Shown here one piece after another: positions 13,565 to 26,128 of a DNA stretch of 64,000 nucleotides. Both the position numbers and the translations under genes were made by a program. The notes beneath the pieces are model-generated. The model was not told the DNA's origin. It did not search any database and saw nothing but the letters and a program-made list of their open reading frames with translations. The stretch is from Gordius albopunctatus (taxonomy: Eukaryota). The stretch's first letter is position 1, and the number at the start of each line of letters is the position of its first letter. The stretch lies in the NCBI GenBank assembly GCA_964276515.1, contig OZ193909.1, positions 14,136,001 through 14,200,000 of the forward strand. The letters run 5' to 3'.

Positions 13565-16500
13565 CAACACTACATACGACGGTCCCAAGTTTGTGTGCAA
13601 AAAGTGAAGGGTGGGCGTCAGGTCGGAAACCGGTTATAAAAACAAAAGCCAAAATTATGATAATTTCAAACAAGATTTTACAAGAAAAGGCTAGGGCGTC
13701 CTTCACAAACGACGCGCACTGCATACCACACTCGTGAAATGTGAAAAATACAGAAGGTTCAATGCCAAACTCACAACAAAGGCGGTTAAGGAAATTAGTT
13801 GTGGAAAGAATGCGAATTACGTGCTGGAATGTGGGAACGTTGACGGGGAAGAGCATCGAGGTCGCACAGATGCTAAAAAGAAGAAAGGTACACATCGCCT
13901 GCCTACAAGAGACGAGGTGGAACGGAACGAAAGCTCGGGAACTAGGAGAAGGATACAAGCTTTTCTACAGTGGGTCATCAAATCGTAGAAACGGAGTCGG
14001 TATCGTTCTAAGTGAATCGTTCAAGGACAAGGTGGTGAAAGTAAAGCGTTGTTCCGACAGGCTAATGTGGGTGAAGATTGCAAATCAAGGGGGCCTCCTA
14101 ACCGTTATGTGCGCGTATGGTCCCCAAATTGGCTGTTTGGAATCAGAGAAAGACATATTCTTCGATTCATTGGAAAAGGAAATACAAGGAATAGGACAGG
14201 AAGAAAGGCTAATTTTATTGGGGAAGATTTCAACGCTCACGTAGGGAAAGATCGCCTCGGGTATGAACGCAATCATGGAGGCTATGGGCATGGTCTGAAG
14301 AACAAAGAAGGGGGAAAAATTCTCCAAGTATCCAAAGAATATGACATGGCGATCGTTAACACCTATTTTCAAAAGCGCGAAGATCATATTGTGACATATA
14401 GAAGTGGGAAGCATTTTAGTCAAATTGACTATTTGCTTATACGGCGAAAGGACTTATGGAGTATCAAGGATTGCAAAGTGATACCGGGAGAATAAATCAA
14501 CAGTCAACATCGTCCCCTTGTTATGGATCTTGACAGAAGAGTATTTCCCGAAATAAGAAAGGTCTATGAACCTCGAATTCGATACGAAAGGCTAAAGGAT
14601 ACGTCGACTAACAAAGAATACCATCAAAAAGCCTGCTCACTCTTGGGTGCAAGGAAGTTGCAAAGGGACGTAGACGACGATTGGGAGACGCTATCTAAGG
14701 ACATTAAGGAAACAGAGATTCGTGTTCTAGGACAGACAAAAGGAAGCAAAGCTATGAATAGGGAACTATGGTGGTGGGATCAATCGGTTAAAGATTTCAT
14801 CGAAAGAAAGAAAGATCTCTATATACGGTGGCATAGAAACGCAAAGAGAGCCGCAAAAAGGCCGTTTCAAAAGCAAAGAATGCCGCGTACACCGAGATGA
14901 CAAAGGCAAAATAACTGGATCATAAAGGGGGCGTGAGGCTTATGTACGAATTGGCCAAAATAAAGGAGAAGAAAAGTCGTGATATCGGAGTTCTTAAAAT
15001 AGTCAAAAACCAGAAGGGTCAAAAGGTGGAAAGGATATTTTAAGAAACTTATGAATATTGCAAACGACAAGGACTCCCTCTCCGAAATTGAGCCAAATAT
15101 AAATATGGTCGAACTCTTTCAGGAGGATGAAGTAAGGATACAAATGAACAAGATGCAAAAAGGAAAAGCAAATGGCCCAGATGGAATACCAATGGAAGCA
15201 TTGCTCGGATGTCGTGAAGAAGGAGTCACCACCATGATGAACCTCCTTAAAAAGATATTGTTAGAAGAGCGAATTCCTAATCAATGGAGAGCAAACAAGA
15301 TTATACCCTTTTTTAAAGACAAAGGAGACGCTCAGGAATGTGGCAATTACAGAGGTATCAAGCTAACTTGCCACTCCTTGAAGCTTATGTAAAGGATCTT
15401 AGTAACTAGGCTGAAAACGAAGTGGATATATCGGCTAATCAATTTGGATTTGTGGCTGGCAAATCCACAATCGACCCAATCTTCGCACTAAGACAAATGA
15501 TGGATAAGTATGGTGAAAAGTGGAAAGACCTACATATGGTTTTTTTCGACTTGGAGAAAGCTTATGACACGGTACCCGTGATTTAATATGGTGGTACCTG
15601 AGGAAACAAAATATCCCTGACGCATATATACGGCTTATGAAAAATATTTATGAAGCTTCAAACTCTTGCGTTAGGACGACAGTTGGAGACTCTAAACCTT
15701 TTCGGGTTAATATTGGATTACATCAAGGCTCTGCTTTAAGTCCCTTTTTATTTAATATAATTATAGACACGATAACGAAGGACGTTCAAAAGCCATCGCC
15801 ATGGTGTATTCTATATGCCGATGATATAGTACTATGCGAGGAAACAAGTGAGAAGGTTTTCGAAGAAGCCGAAAAGTGGTCAAAGCGCTTAGCTGGATAT
15901 GGTTTAAAGGTCAACGATCAAAAAACGGTATACATGGAAATGAACGGTACAGGCACCCCGTCGCTGGATGACCATCTAAAGTACCCAAAAGTAGACAGGT
16001 TTACATACCTCGGCTCGATGCTACATCAAGAGGGAGGTTTCCAAAAAGGATGGCTTAAATGGCGAAGTATATCCGGTGCAATGTCCGACAAGAAAATGCC
16101 AATAGGGTTGAAAAGCAAAGCTTACAAATCCATCGTAAGACCGGTGTTACTCTATGGGAGTGAAACATGGGTATTAAACATAACTGAAGGAAAGCTATTA
16201 CAAGCCACAGAGATGAGAATGATACGGTGGAGCTTGGGGTATACTAAGCTCGACCATATGACGAATGACTTTTTCATGGCAAAAATGGGTATTAAACCTA
16301 TGGCGGACATGATTAACGAAAATCGGCTAAGGTGGTATGGGCATATACTAAGAAGGGACACGGATGACGTAAATCGAAAAGTACTGGACATGAAGGTACC
16401 GAGGAAGAGAGGAAGAGGACGACCCTGTCACGTGGAAAGGGCAAGTCGATAAAGTTATGGAAACGAAAGAGATTAGTCAAGACATGGCACTCACCCGGTC

Positions 16501-16569
16501 AAGATGGAAGAAACTTATAAAAACAAACCACACCAATGTGGGACCAAATAACTGATAAAGAAGAAGAAG
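13565..16569 (+). mobile_element. RTE-clade non-LTR retrotransposon (APE + RT), near full length, ORF disrupted
   Basis: APE motifs WNVGTLTGK..IACLQETRW and SQIDY; RT motifs YRGIKL, LHQGSALSPFLF and LYADD; (AAG)n tail; 17-bp TSD attctggttattaaaag at 13548-13564 and 16570-16586; several stops and frameshifts. Confidence 0.95.
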
Positions 16570-16919
16570 ATTCTGGTTATTAAAAGTATACACCAGCACT
16601 TTTGGTTTATAGGCGTTATAGTAATCTTGCAATAAACTATACGGGCTATAATATTTTATGGTAATATTATAGACTAAACGTTTGCCTTAAATTAGTTAAA
16701 CAAGGGTCTGCTTTGAGTTTTATGCTTTAGCCGGGTTAATAAAAGGTCTCGATTAGACTCCCTAACCCGACATTTTATCATAATACATTTAACACTCGGA
16801 AGTATTAAATGTCATTAGATATTAAATGTATATTTTAAAAGTATCAGCAAAAAAATCACACTAACGTACAAACACAGTAATCATTCTTCATTAAGGTAAA
16901 AACAAAAAACGTAACCTCT

Positions 16920-17210
16920 GGCTAGCATAGCTCCATTGTTAAATAATTGGTTATCTTTCCTTATTTTGACATAATGTAAATGACAACTTTTTATAAATAA
17001 CACATTATATTTGTTATGTCATTTTCATATAAATATGTCAAAGCCAGGTACAGTTAAAGCTCCTATCCGATCCATATAGAATATAAAATGTATAAATAGA
17101 TATAATCTGTGAAAATTAGTCATGAAATTAGCGGATAAAGCTGAGTCTTTTCACGACATTAAAATTTTAGAGCGTCTTTTATAATTTTAAAATATTAAAA
17201 CTATAAATTT
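16920..17210. repeat. Dispersed repeat, inverted relative to 19805-20260
   Basis: ttccttattttgacataat, agctcctatccgatccata, ataaagctgagt and ttttagagcgt all recur as reverse complements in 19805-20260. Confidence 0.65.
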
Positions 17211-17273
17211 GGTTTGAATCCTTCTTAAGTGATAAATAGATTGAGAAATTTTTATGATTATGTTGTATATGTG

Positions 17274-17455
17274 AATACGTATATTTGTTATATCATTTTC
17301 TACAGATTATATTATTGCTATAATTATATATTTTAATATTGTAACCCAAATCCGAGTTGTTAATTAAAATATGTTTTCATTGTTATCCTAATAATTTATC
17401 TTTTGCTCTTTAGTTTCCCCACCCCGGCCTTAGTATCAATAAAATGATCTTATTA
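17274..17455 (+). repeat. Dispersed repeat family R (possible retroelement 3' end)
   Basis: About 85 bp near-identical to the reverse complement of 48443-48528; ends near AATAAA. Confidence 0.6.
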
Positions 17456-18254
17456 TGAGTTGATTATTTCTAATTTTATTATATTATTTCTGATTTAAAT
17501 AGATTAAAGCAATTTTTTTAGTCGAGAACTCTTGTCGAGACGAGACCGAGATTTGACGAGATCATCATGATCGCACCCAAGACAATACGAGACGAGATTT
17601 AGTTTTCAAGACCGAGACGAGATCGAAAAACTAAACTACGAGCTTCTTATGCAAGTCCGGTTTCCAAAGATTTGAAAATATTGGCCGAAACCACTTGCTC
17701 ACTACTAATCTTAAGGATTCTATAAAAGACACTATGACCTTTATTGCCCAATGAGTAAAGTGAAGTTAAGCGACCAAGCAAGACAATCATCTCAGCTTTG
17801 GTAGTAATTGTCACAACATCCACAAACGCTTTGGCAAACAAATCTTAGATCTTTGGGAAAGGTTTAAGTCTTTCCAAAGGCTATACGTCTAATTTTTAAA
17901 TCCGTTATAAAGATATACACATAAGATTCGAGCATAAAAATTTTTTCGATGCCAATACGTAAAAGTTCTGGAAGAGTAAAATTTAGTTACTAAGGAGTTA
18001 GTTTATTTGAAAAAATTTCTTGAAGCTAAAAATTAATTTGACATCTACAAAAGCCTTTCATTTTTACATTAAATTTTGTATATAAACTATAATGAATTAT
18101 TTAGATGCGAATTTATATAAATTATATGAAAGTTTTACAATACATCACCATTTTAGGAGGTATAATAATAAAAATTTATATGATGCTAAATATTTACAAC
18201 AGAATATTAAATCTATTTTACAATCTATTTTAAATATAAAATTCAATACTCATA

Positions 18255-19349
18255 GCTGATTACAAGCTTCCCTACCAACCAAATCTGGTGGTTTAGGGAT
18301 TCGCTCACCTGCCGCAATATCTCTAGTCTCGTTTATTTCATATTAAAAATCCATACAAGATACCATTTTTAAGTTGTATCCGTTTAAAGAAGACCCACTT
18401 TTACCCATTGCTTTGGCTATTTGGGAAAACAATACCAATCCCGGAACACCTTTGCCACAAACCTCACGACAAAGAGATTGGGATGCCGGACTTGTGTTGC
18501 GCTCCATGGATTATCTAATTTCAAGTAGCGATGCTAGTCAGTGTTCTAATTTAAGGTCGTTTTTGTTTGATGGCTCAGGTCACGAATGGCTAGAGGTCTA
18601 CCCAAGCTGACTCACCGGGATGATGCTGGAGGACTCGCAACCTTCGTACTCCATAGCTCTCAGACTAGGGGTAAAATTTTCGAAGCCATTTATTTGCCGA
18701 AATTTTAGCATACTCGTAGACGAACAAGCCAGGCATCCCTTACACTGCCTGGCAACAAATTCAAATATGTAAGACACAATAAGGCCAACCTTAATTCAAA
18801 TTGCACTGAAGATAGCAAAAATCCCATCCATCTTAGAGCCATTGGATCCCTCCTTGGAGGGACGTATGCGTCCTGATGGATCTTATTTAGTCCCATGGAG
18901 CAATGGTCTTCACCTTAAATGGAACTTCACATGTATTGACCTATTTACCCCCTCTAACTACAACAATGATTCTTTAGCTGTCGCAGAGGGGCGGAAAACT
19001 AATAAATACAAAGCCCTATTATCCTCAAACATTTTTATTCCATTGGTTGCTTTGTGTTCAGGCACCTTTGTCAAACAGGCCTTAGCCTTTTTTAAAGAGG
19101 TAGGAAGACGTTCTCCCCCGTCTAAACATTCTGTATCCTTTTTACTTAAACAACGACTTGGTATTCTTATAGCCAAGTACAATTTTAAATCGTTCACGGA
19201 TTCTTGGCCAATTTTGGAAGATCCCCTCGATGATGATATATTAGAATAGTGTATTATTTTATTTGACGCATTTTGTCTTTTATATTTTATGTATTTATAT
19301 TATATTACTGTCAACGGATTTTTAACAAATAAACTTTTTATTAAAAAAA
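18255..19349 (+). mobile_element. CRE-like (restriction-like endonuclease) non-LTR retrotransposon 3' fragment
   Basis: LQASLPTKSGGLGIRS, QRDWD, ALRLG, HPLHC and RPDGSYLVPWSNGLHLKWNFTCIDLF..AVAEGRKTNKY..FIPLVAL, followed by AATAAA and an A-run; contains internal stops. Confidence 0.8.
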
Positions 19350-19804
19350 GATATAAACTTTCTATTCAAATTCTTCAAAAAATGTAAATAAGCTGTAATC
19401 TTTCTAGACGCTATTGTTCATTTCGGCTTTATCGTTTTTTATTATTTAGCAACGCCTATCGTGCGCAAACAAAAAAGGTGATTAAAGTTTTAATTGTAGA
19501 ATTTATATCAAATTGACAAAAATAAAACTGAAGTAAAGATTTTTTTCTAATGAGGCATCAATATTAATTAAATTTTTAGGTAGTGAGGTAAGCTAGCTTA
19601 TTAATAAATTCGAATAAAAGATGGCGTGGGGTGATTTAAACGTAATCAATTAGATGATCTTCAGGTGTTTTTGGTTCCAAAAGCGGTTATTTTTAGATGA
19701 AAGTGAGGATCAATTAAAGGCGTGGCATATGAAGTAATTGACGATTATATCATTTTTAATCTATGTTTGACTTTAAAAAGGATCAAAACCAAATGTCTAC
19801 TTCT

Positions 19805-20260
19805 ATTATTATTTTAAAATTATAAAAAACGCTCTAAAAGTTTAATGTTGAACTTTGTGTTAAATTAGAGGTATGAAATATAATAGAAGGTACGAGAATG
19901 CTGGGCATACTAGAAATTTCGATATTTAATTCAAATGTTACACTTTATCTATTCTACTACATTGCTTTTATATTAATAACATAATTATTAATAGAAAAAA
20001 CTATTAAATATTTGTAAATAAGTGCATTTAATTTTGAAAACACTCAGCTTTATGGGCTAGTTTCAGCATTAATTTTCACAAATTATATCTAGTTTTACAT
20101 TGTATAAATTTGTATGGATCGGATAGGATAGGAGCTATAACTGGATCTAGTTTGATCAAATTTTTATGAAAATTACATGGCAAATTTGAAGTGTTCTTTA
20201 TTAAAAGTTGTCTTTTATATTATGTCAAAATAAGGAAATATATCCAGATTTAACAAAGGT
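19805..20260. repeat. Dispersed repeat, inverted relative to 16920-17210
   Basis: Reverse-complement blocks shared with 16920-17210. Confidence 0.6.
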
Positions 20261-20356
20261 AAATCCGCCTCACTGACTTTCATTTTTAGACCGAACTACA
20301 ATTTATCATAGGAAGACAATATATAAAATACATGCTAAAATATATTGAATTATGAG

Positions 20357-20509
20357 CAGGTGTGGAGCCATAGACACAGGGAGGGGCTGCTTCCCCCTCT
20401 AAATCCAAAAATGTGTTAAAACTAATTAAGATTATGGCTAAAATTAAAAAAATGATTATTTTACCCCTGCCTTAATCATTCTTGAATTCCAATGCTGACT
20501 GCACCCATG
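20357..20509 (+). mobile_element. hAT-type MITE (CATGGGCGTAGCC family), diverged
   Basis: Shares the core cagggaggggctgc..ccccctctaaatccaaaaat..attatggctaaaa with 28385-28558. Confidence 0.65.
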
Positions 20510-21541
20510 GCCATAAATAAAAATTGTAGTGATTTTACATTTGATTTTCTGTTATTTTTTAAAGTCGTGTATGATTGCGGTAATAAATTTAGTATTTATT
20601 TAAAATGGCTACCATCGGGTCCTAAATTACCGAGAGTCGTGGCCACTAATGGTACGAAAAGGAATTTGTTGAGATATTTATCTTTTCCCACTTTCCTTCA
20701 TTCCTAATAGGATATAAAAATTGAATATTGAGTAGGATTTAAAACACGAAGTGGTTTAGATGAGATTATATAGTTAAGAAATTTTAATTATTATCATTAA
20801 AATTGTTGTAGATCTTCGAGCTTGCAAAATGTGGGGCCAAATTATGTTAATACGAAATCTACAAATTCTGTATAAATTTATATGATAATTAAAGCACAAT
20901 TTATTTTCAACTTGGACTCTATGGAATAAATTAAAATCATTAATTAAAATGCCTAAGAATTTAATATATAAGTGGAAAATCAGAGCCGTAATTATATTAA
21001 ATCAATAATGGCGAATTCCTTATCGCACGTTAATATCGCGGTCGTTATCCGGACTATTATTATCAATTTTAATCACCTTCTACTCTATCTCTCGCTGTAA
21101 CATCAAATTTGTTTGTGTGAATTTACCGACAAAATTTACCCTTCCAATTCCAATTATAATTTTGGATGATGAGAACAAAAGAAATTTACTACATCCCGAT
21201 ATTTCCCCTATTATCATGTGCCGCTGTTAAAAATATTTTATCGGATTTTTGGTCCTTTCGAACAGAAGGTGAAATAAGTGTGGAAAAGCCATATATATAA
21301 TTTCATTATTTATTATTGGCGAGGTGATTAACTCTTATTCTCACCATTTATATGCTGTTTGCCCTTTCGATAGGCAGGCTAATAAGTTAAATTGGTTCAA
21401 TTATGGAAAATTGATCCATCAACAATTTTTTGTCCCTAGGTGAGAACTTAAAATTAGTTCATATATACCTGGAGTGCATATTTATCGTTTAATTCGTTTA
21501 GTTCCAAAAAAGCTGTTTGAGAAATAATCATATGAAACAAA

Positions 21542-21643
21542 ATGATTAAAATCGGTGATGATACAAATATATCAACTTCAGAAGATTCCGATTTACCGAC
21601 TGAATTGAAGTTTTCAGCTGGTGATAAATTTAATCATATCAAG
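21542..21643 (+). CDS. Putative first coding exon of the LRR gene
   Basis: ATG..MIKIGDDTNISTSEDSDLPTELKFSAGDKFNHIK|gtaatt is phase 0, compatible with the phase-0 acceptor at 26129; DLPTEL weakly resembles the start of an F-box. Confidence 0.35.
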
Positions 21644-22001
21644 GTAATTTTATTTTCTATTTTTTAGCTTTTTTAATAAATCACTATCATAATACTTACT
21701 TTCTTTATATGTTAAGATATTACGAAACCCATTGAAATTTATTATAATTTTGAATTAGTTAATATTTTAAAATTCGACGCAATTTATGATGTTGCAATCT
21801 GGTTGGCTATCCTATAAATAAAAAAGCTTTATCATAAAAATTAATAGCTAAAATTGCTTTTATATTAATTAAAAAGCTTCTAATTTTAGGGTGAAAAATA
21901 TTCTATTTTTTGCTATAAATATAATTATGCTTATCGATTTTTATGTAACCCCTGACCCTTGACCAACAGAATCTTGGCACATTAATATATTTAAGTAACT
22001 G

Positions 22002-22285
22002 TAGGCGTGTAGCCAGGATTTTCTCAAGGGGGAAGAAAAACTCAAAAAAATTTTCGACACTTTTATTTATAATGTAACAAAAGTAAACTTCGCGTTCGCG
22101 TACAATATATGCGAAACTTCAAGGCGCTATATAACCAGCTTTGGAAAAATCTCCTCTCTTCATTAACCAGAGCATTTATAATCGATTTTATAGCTTAAAA
22201 AAGGACATGGACCTTCAAAAAAATTTCAAATTTTGGTCAAGGGGGCATAAAATTCCCTCTTTCTGCCCCCTTGGCTACGCGCCTG
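22002..22285 (+). mobile_element. hAT-type MITE
   Basis: TIRs taggcgtgtagcca / tggctacgcgcctg; 8-bp TSD agtaactg / agtgactg; second copy at 3754. Confidence 0.85.
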
Positions 22286-22334
22286 AGTGACTGCCATGTA
22301 GATTACTAGTAAGAAATAGCTAAAACAGACTTAC

Positions 22335-24542
22335 CAGTGGCGTAAATACGGGGGGGGGGGGAAACGGGAAATTCCCCCCGGAAAAAAATCCCCCCCCCCT
22401 AAAAAAATTATTTTAGATCTAATGTTTATATTTTATAGTTGTGCAACGTAACTGACCAAGTAAGACACTTATTAATTGCTATGCAATGCAATTTATTAAA
22501 TATATACCAATATATACTTTTTTTTATTTTTGTATCAAATTTCGACAAAAAGATTATTAACCATTATTGTTGTTTTCCTTTTGCGATATGAAACGTAACC
22601 TTATTTACGATTTTTTTCTCATCAAATCATCCGACTCTTGCCCTTCCACATCTAGTAATTTGTTATAATATTAAATTATTCATGTATTTCATAGAGGATA
22701 GCCAAAATTTATCAAAAAAGAATAAAGATAAAGAAATTGTACAGTTTTAATTGAAATGTTGTCAGAAATGGAAGATAAACCAAATAAGGAGAAATTGAAG
22801 CAAGTTTGTGTCATCCGTTGGGCATCACGACATGAAGCTGTTTCCACACACATTTTGCTTCAAGATGCCATATATCCAGGGTTGGAAAAGATATCTACAT
22901 GGTGTGATCATGATGTTGCAACAGAAGCTGCAACTTTGCTCACTGCATTACGACAAAGTGAATATATTATTTCCCTTCTATGCCTAAATAAACTCTTTGG
23001 CTATACGTCCTTATTATGCAAGCAATTGCAAAAAAAGGACCTAGATCTTCAGCAAGTCACACAGTTAGCCGAAGCTTTAGTAAATCAAATGAAATTAATA
23101 AGAAACAATGTTGATGAAGAGTTTCGGGAAATTTTTTTAGTAGCCGAAGCTAAGGCTAAGTTGTATGATTTTGACCTTAAGAAACCTCGATATGCAAAGA
23201 AGCAAACTTGTCGAAGTAATATTTTAACTGAATCCATTGAGGATTATTACAAAATCACTATTTTTATACCTTTGCTCGATATGTTCATTCTACAACTCAA
23301 TGAACGGTTTGTGGACAAGAAACAAGTTTTGGCAAATTTCCAAATATTATTTCCTTCGAATTCTTTGATTGTTTCGCCAGAAACGCGGATGAAAATAAAC
23401 TTTCTATGGGACATTTATTCCAATGATCTTAAGGGGACAAACGAAGACCTTAAATCTGAATTTGATATATGGTATATGGCGTTGTCTCAGACGTCAGAAG
23501 AATTTCGTCCAAAGAATCCTTTGGACGCCCTATCAGGTTATAAAATATTGGAATCTTTACCCAACATCACAACTCTTCTTTACCTATTAGCTTGTCTTCC
23601 TATCATTACTACATGCACCAATGAAAGAAAATCTCAACATTGAGGACGCTTAAAACGTATATAAGAAATACTATGTCGAAAAATAGATTAAATGGATCTG
23701 CCATTTTAGCGATTCATCGGGAATTAGCTCCCACTCCAGATGAAGTTCTTGAGATATTTTGGCTGGGAAAAAGAAAATATAAAATTATTTTATAATGATT
23801 TTCTTTATTTAATTTTAATGTTGAAAGGAAAATGCGATAAAAAAGGGCCAATCCATTTAATCTATTTTTTGACATAGTATTTCTTATATAAAAGCTAATA
23901 GGTAAAGAATAGTTGGACGAAATCCTTCTATAATTTATTTTCATTCGCGTTTCTGGCAAAACAATCAAAGATTCAGAGGTAATACTATTTAAAAATTTGC
24001 CAAAACTTGTTTCTTAAGTTCAAAATCATACAACTTAGCCTTAGGTTCGACTACTAATACTAAAGCTTCTGCTAACTGTCTAACTTGCTGAAGATCTAGA
24101 GGTGCTTTAAAGTTGGAGCTTCTGTTGCAACATCGTAATCATACCAGCTTGCTTCAATTTCTCCTTATTTGGTTTATCTTACATTTCTGACAACATTTCA
24201 ACTCATATTTCTGGCTCCATCATATCCCTGGCCTCTTAACAAATTTATATTTATATTGAGATCTTTTATGCTCTTTATAATTAAGTCGCCTAGCCTCTTT
24301 TATTGTTAATGTAGAAGAGTCAATATATCGAGCACACCAATTAGGTAATTATAAATTGATATAATCTCATTTTAAAAGTGAGGACTTAAGTAGTAGCACG
24401 GTACCTTAAAAGAGCTCTAAAATTGCCATCTCCAGATGACGCTGAGAAAAAGAAAACATGAAATTATTTATAATGACTTTCTATAAAAATTTTTTGGAAA
24501 TTTCCCCCCCCCCCCGCAGAGAAAATCCTGGCTACGCGCCTG
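22335..24542 (+). mobile_element. hAT DNA transposon, internally deleted and rearranged (ZMYM1/PRKRIR-like transposase)
   Basis: Ends cagtggcgta / tacgcgcctg; 8-bp TSD agacttac / ggacttac; transposase remnant 22756-23795; inverted transposase pieces at 23836-24437. Confidence 0.9.
22756..23795 (+). pseudogene. hAT transposase C-terminal half with hATC dimerisation domain
   Basis: LKQVCVIRWASRHEA, EDYYKITIFIPLLD and LP..TTCTNER, then after a frameshift STLRTLKTYIRNTMSKNRLNGSAILAIHRE; the catalytic N-terminal region is deleted. Confidence 0.85.
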
Positions 24543-26128
24543 GGACTTACCTTATATATAAGACATTTTAGGTTATCAAGTATGTGCAAAAATCAAGGTC
24601 TCATATTTTTACGATTTATAATGTGATTAAATATTTATATATTAATGTGAATGTGCTAGCCGCACATTGATTTTCGCACCAATTCACTAATGATTGACAC
24701 TCAATCAGTTAATATATATCATAGAAGTTTTCTTCATTTATGGTTTAAATTTTGGATAGTTTTTTGCAACATACTACTTTTTTTGTTAAATTAATTTTAA
24801 CAAAGCTGTTATGGAAAATTAAGTTGGACATTTTGGCAACCATAACTTGATAACCTGAAAAATTACTTAGTATAATAAACAATTCTACCTAAAAAATCAT
24901 AATTAGATATTTCCTTAATTATATTAGTGATGACGTTTAGCTAACTGTAAGAACTGTTGCTAATACATTGCCGTTGGCGCACTAAAATTACAAATTTCTA
25001 TTTTTTAGCAAGATTATAACTTAATAAAGGGGTCCGGATTTGACTAATTCGTATGGGGAGGGGGGGGGGAAAAGTTTTGTTTTAGGAAGGGGTAAAATAT
25101 TATTTTGTAATTTCTAACGAGATATGAATAGGTAAATAGCTATTAAATTATCATGATTAGCTTTAAAGAGGACTAGGGGCAAGGGTTAAGAGCTAAATTA
25201 TTCCTTTAAAATTCTAAAAGTATTTGAAATAATGTAATTCCTAGGTAAAGTTAACATAATAATCAACCGGGAAACGGTTAGCAGGTTATTTACAGAGTGC
25301 TATGTTCTAAACACGAATGTGTTATTCTTTTATTCCCCTAAACGTCAAGTTTTTGAAATAAATGTGGTAAAAGTATATAAAATTAGCCTTTTTGTTCCTT
25401 TTGCGATGTTCATAATGTGCTCGAAGCGATGCGAATATTTAGGACACTAATTTGTTAAGTGTGTAAGATACATTGCATATATTTGGCTTTTTTATAATGG
25501 ACTTAATCGAACAAGTTCAAAATAAAATATATTTCCCTATTATCAACTTAAAACCTGATAAAATAAACCTAATAAATTCAAAATTAAACCTAGAGTTAAA
25601 AATTAGTATTTTTTGCTCATCAATTAATTTGTGATTTATACCGAAGAATTAACTTTCTTCCTATGTTTTTTAATGTAAAATCGCGCCCACATTTGGACTC
25701 CTTTTTTATATTGGCTTCTGTGGATTTGACAATATTTATGATCCGTTGAAAAATTAAATTATGATTAGTAGCACTAATAGTCCAATTCCGATTACCACCC
25801 TTACAACTATTGGCTCACTCTTAAGATTAAAAATAGTATAACGTAATTCTGGGCTTTTCCGTGATGATTTTAAATCCTTTTTATGAAATAACTTTGTATA
25901 AACAGATTTCAACGGTTAATATTTTTTATTTATTTTCCAAAAATGTCTATTTTATATATGAACAATTGTATTTGGTAAATATATATTGTAAAGAAATTTT
26001 GAACGCATCTAAACAGATGTATTGAGGAAAAAAATACAATAGCTAAACATCAAGTTTTTTGGAATTATTTACTATACTTATAATCCGTTACACTTTATAT
26101 AGACTTTATATTTCAAATATATCTGTAG

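Larger units (their letters stand above)
12505..17640 (+). mobile_element. Non-autonomous DNA transposon (hAT-like, GAGACGAGAC subterminal repeats) interrupted by an RTE
   Basis: Left end (ta)gtgatgcggaaaa with atctcggtctcgtctc arrays; inverted gagacgagaccgagat arrays at 17520-17630. The internal sequence matches the reverse complement of ~53900-54640 plus 55465-55685 across the RTE insertion point. The right terminus is not sharply defined. Confidence 0.6.
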
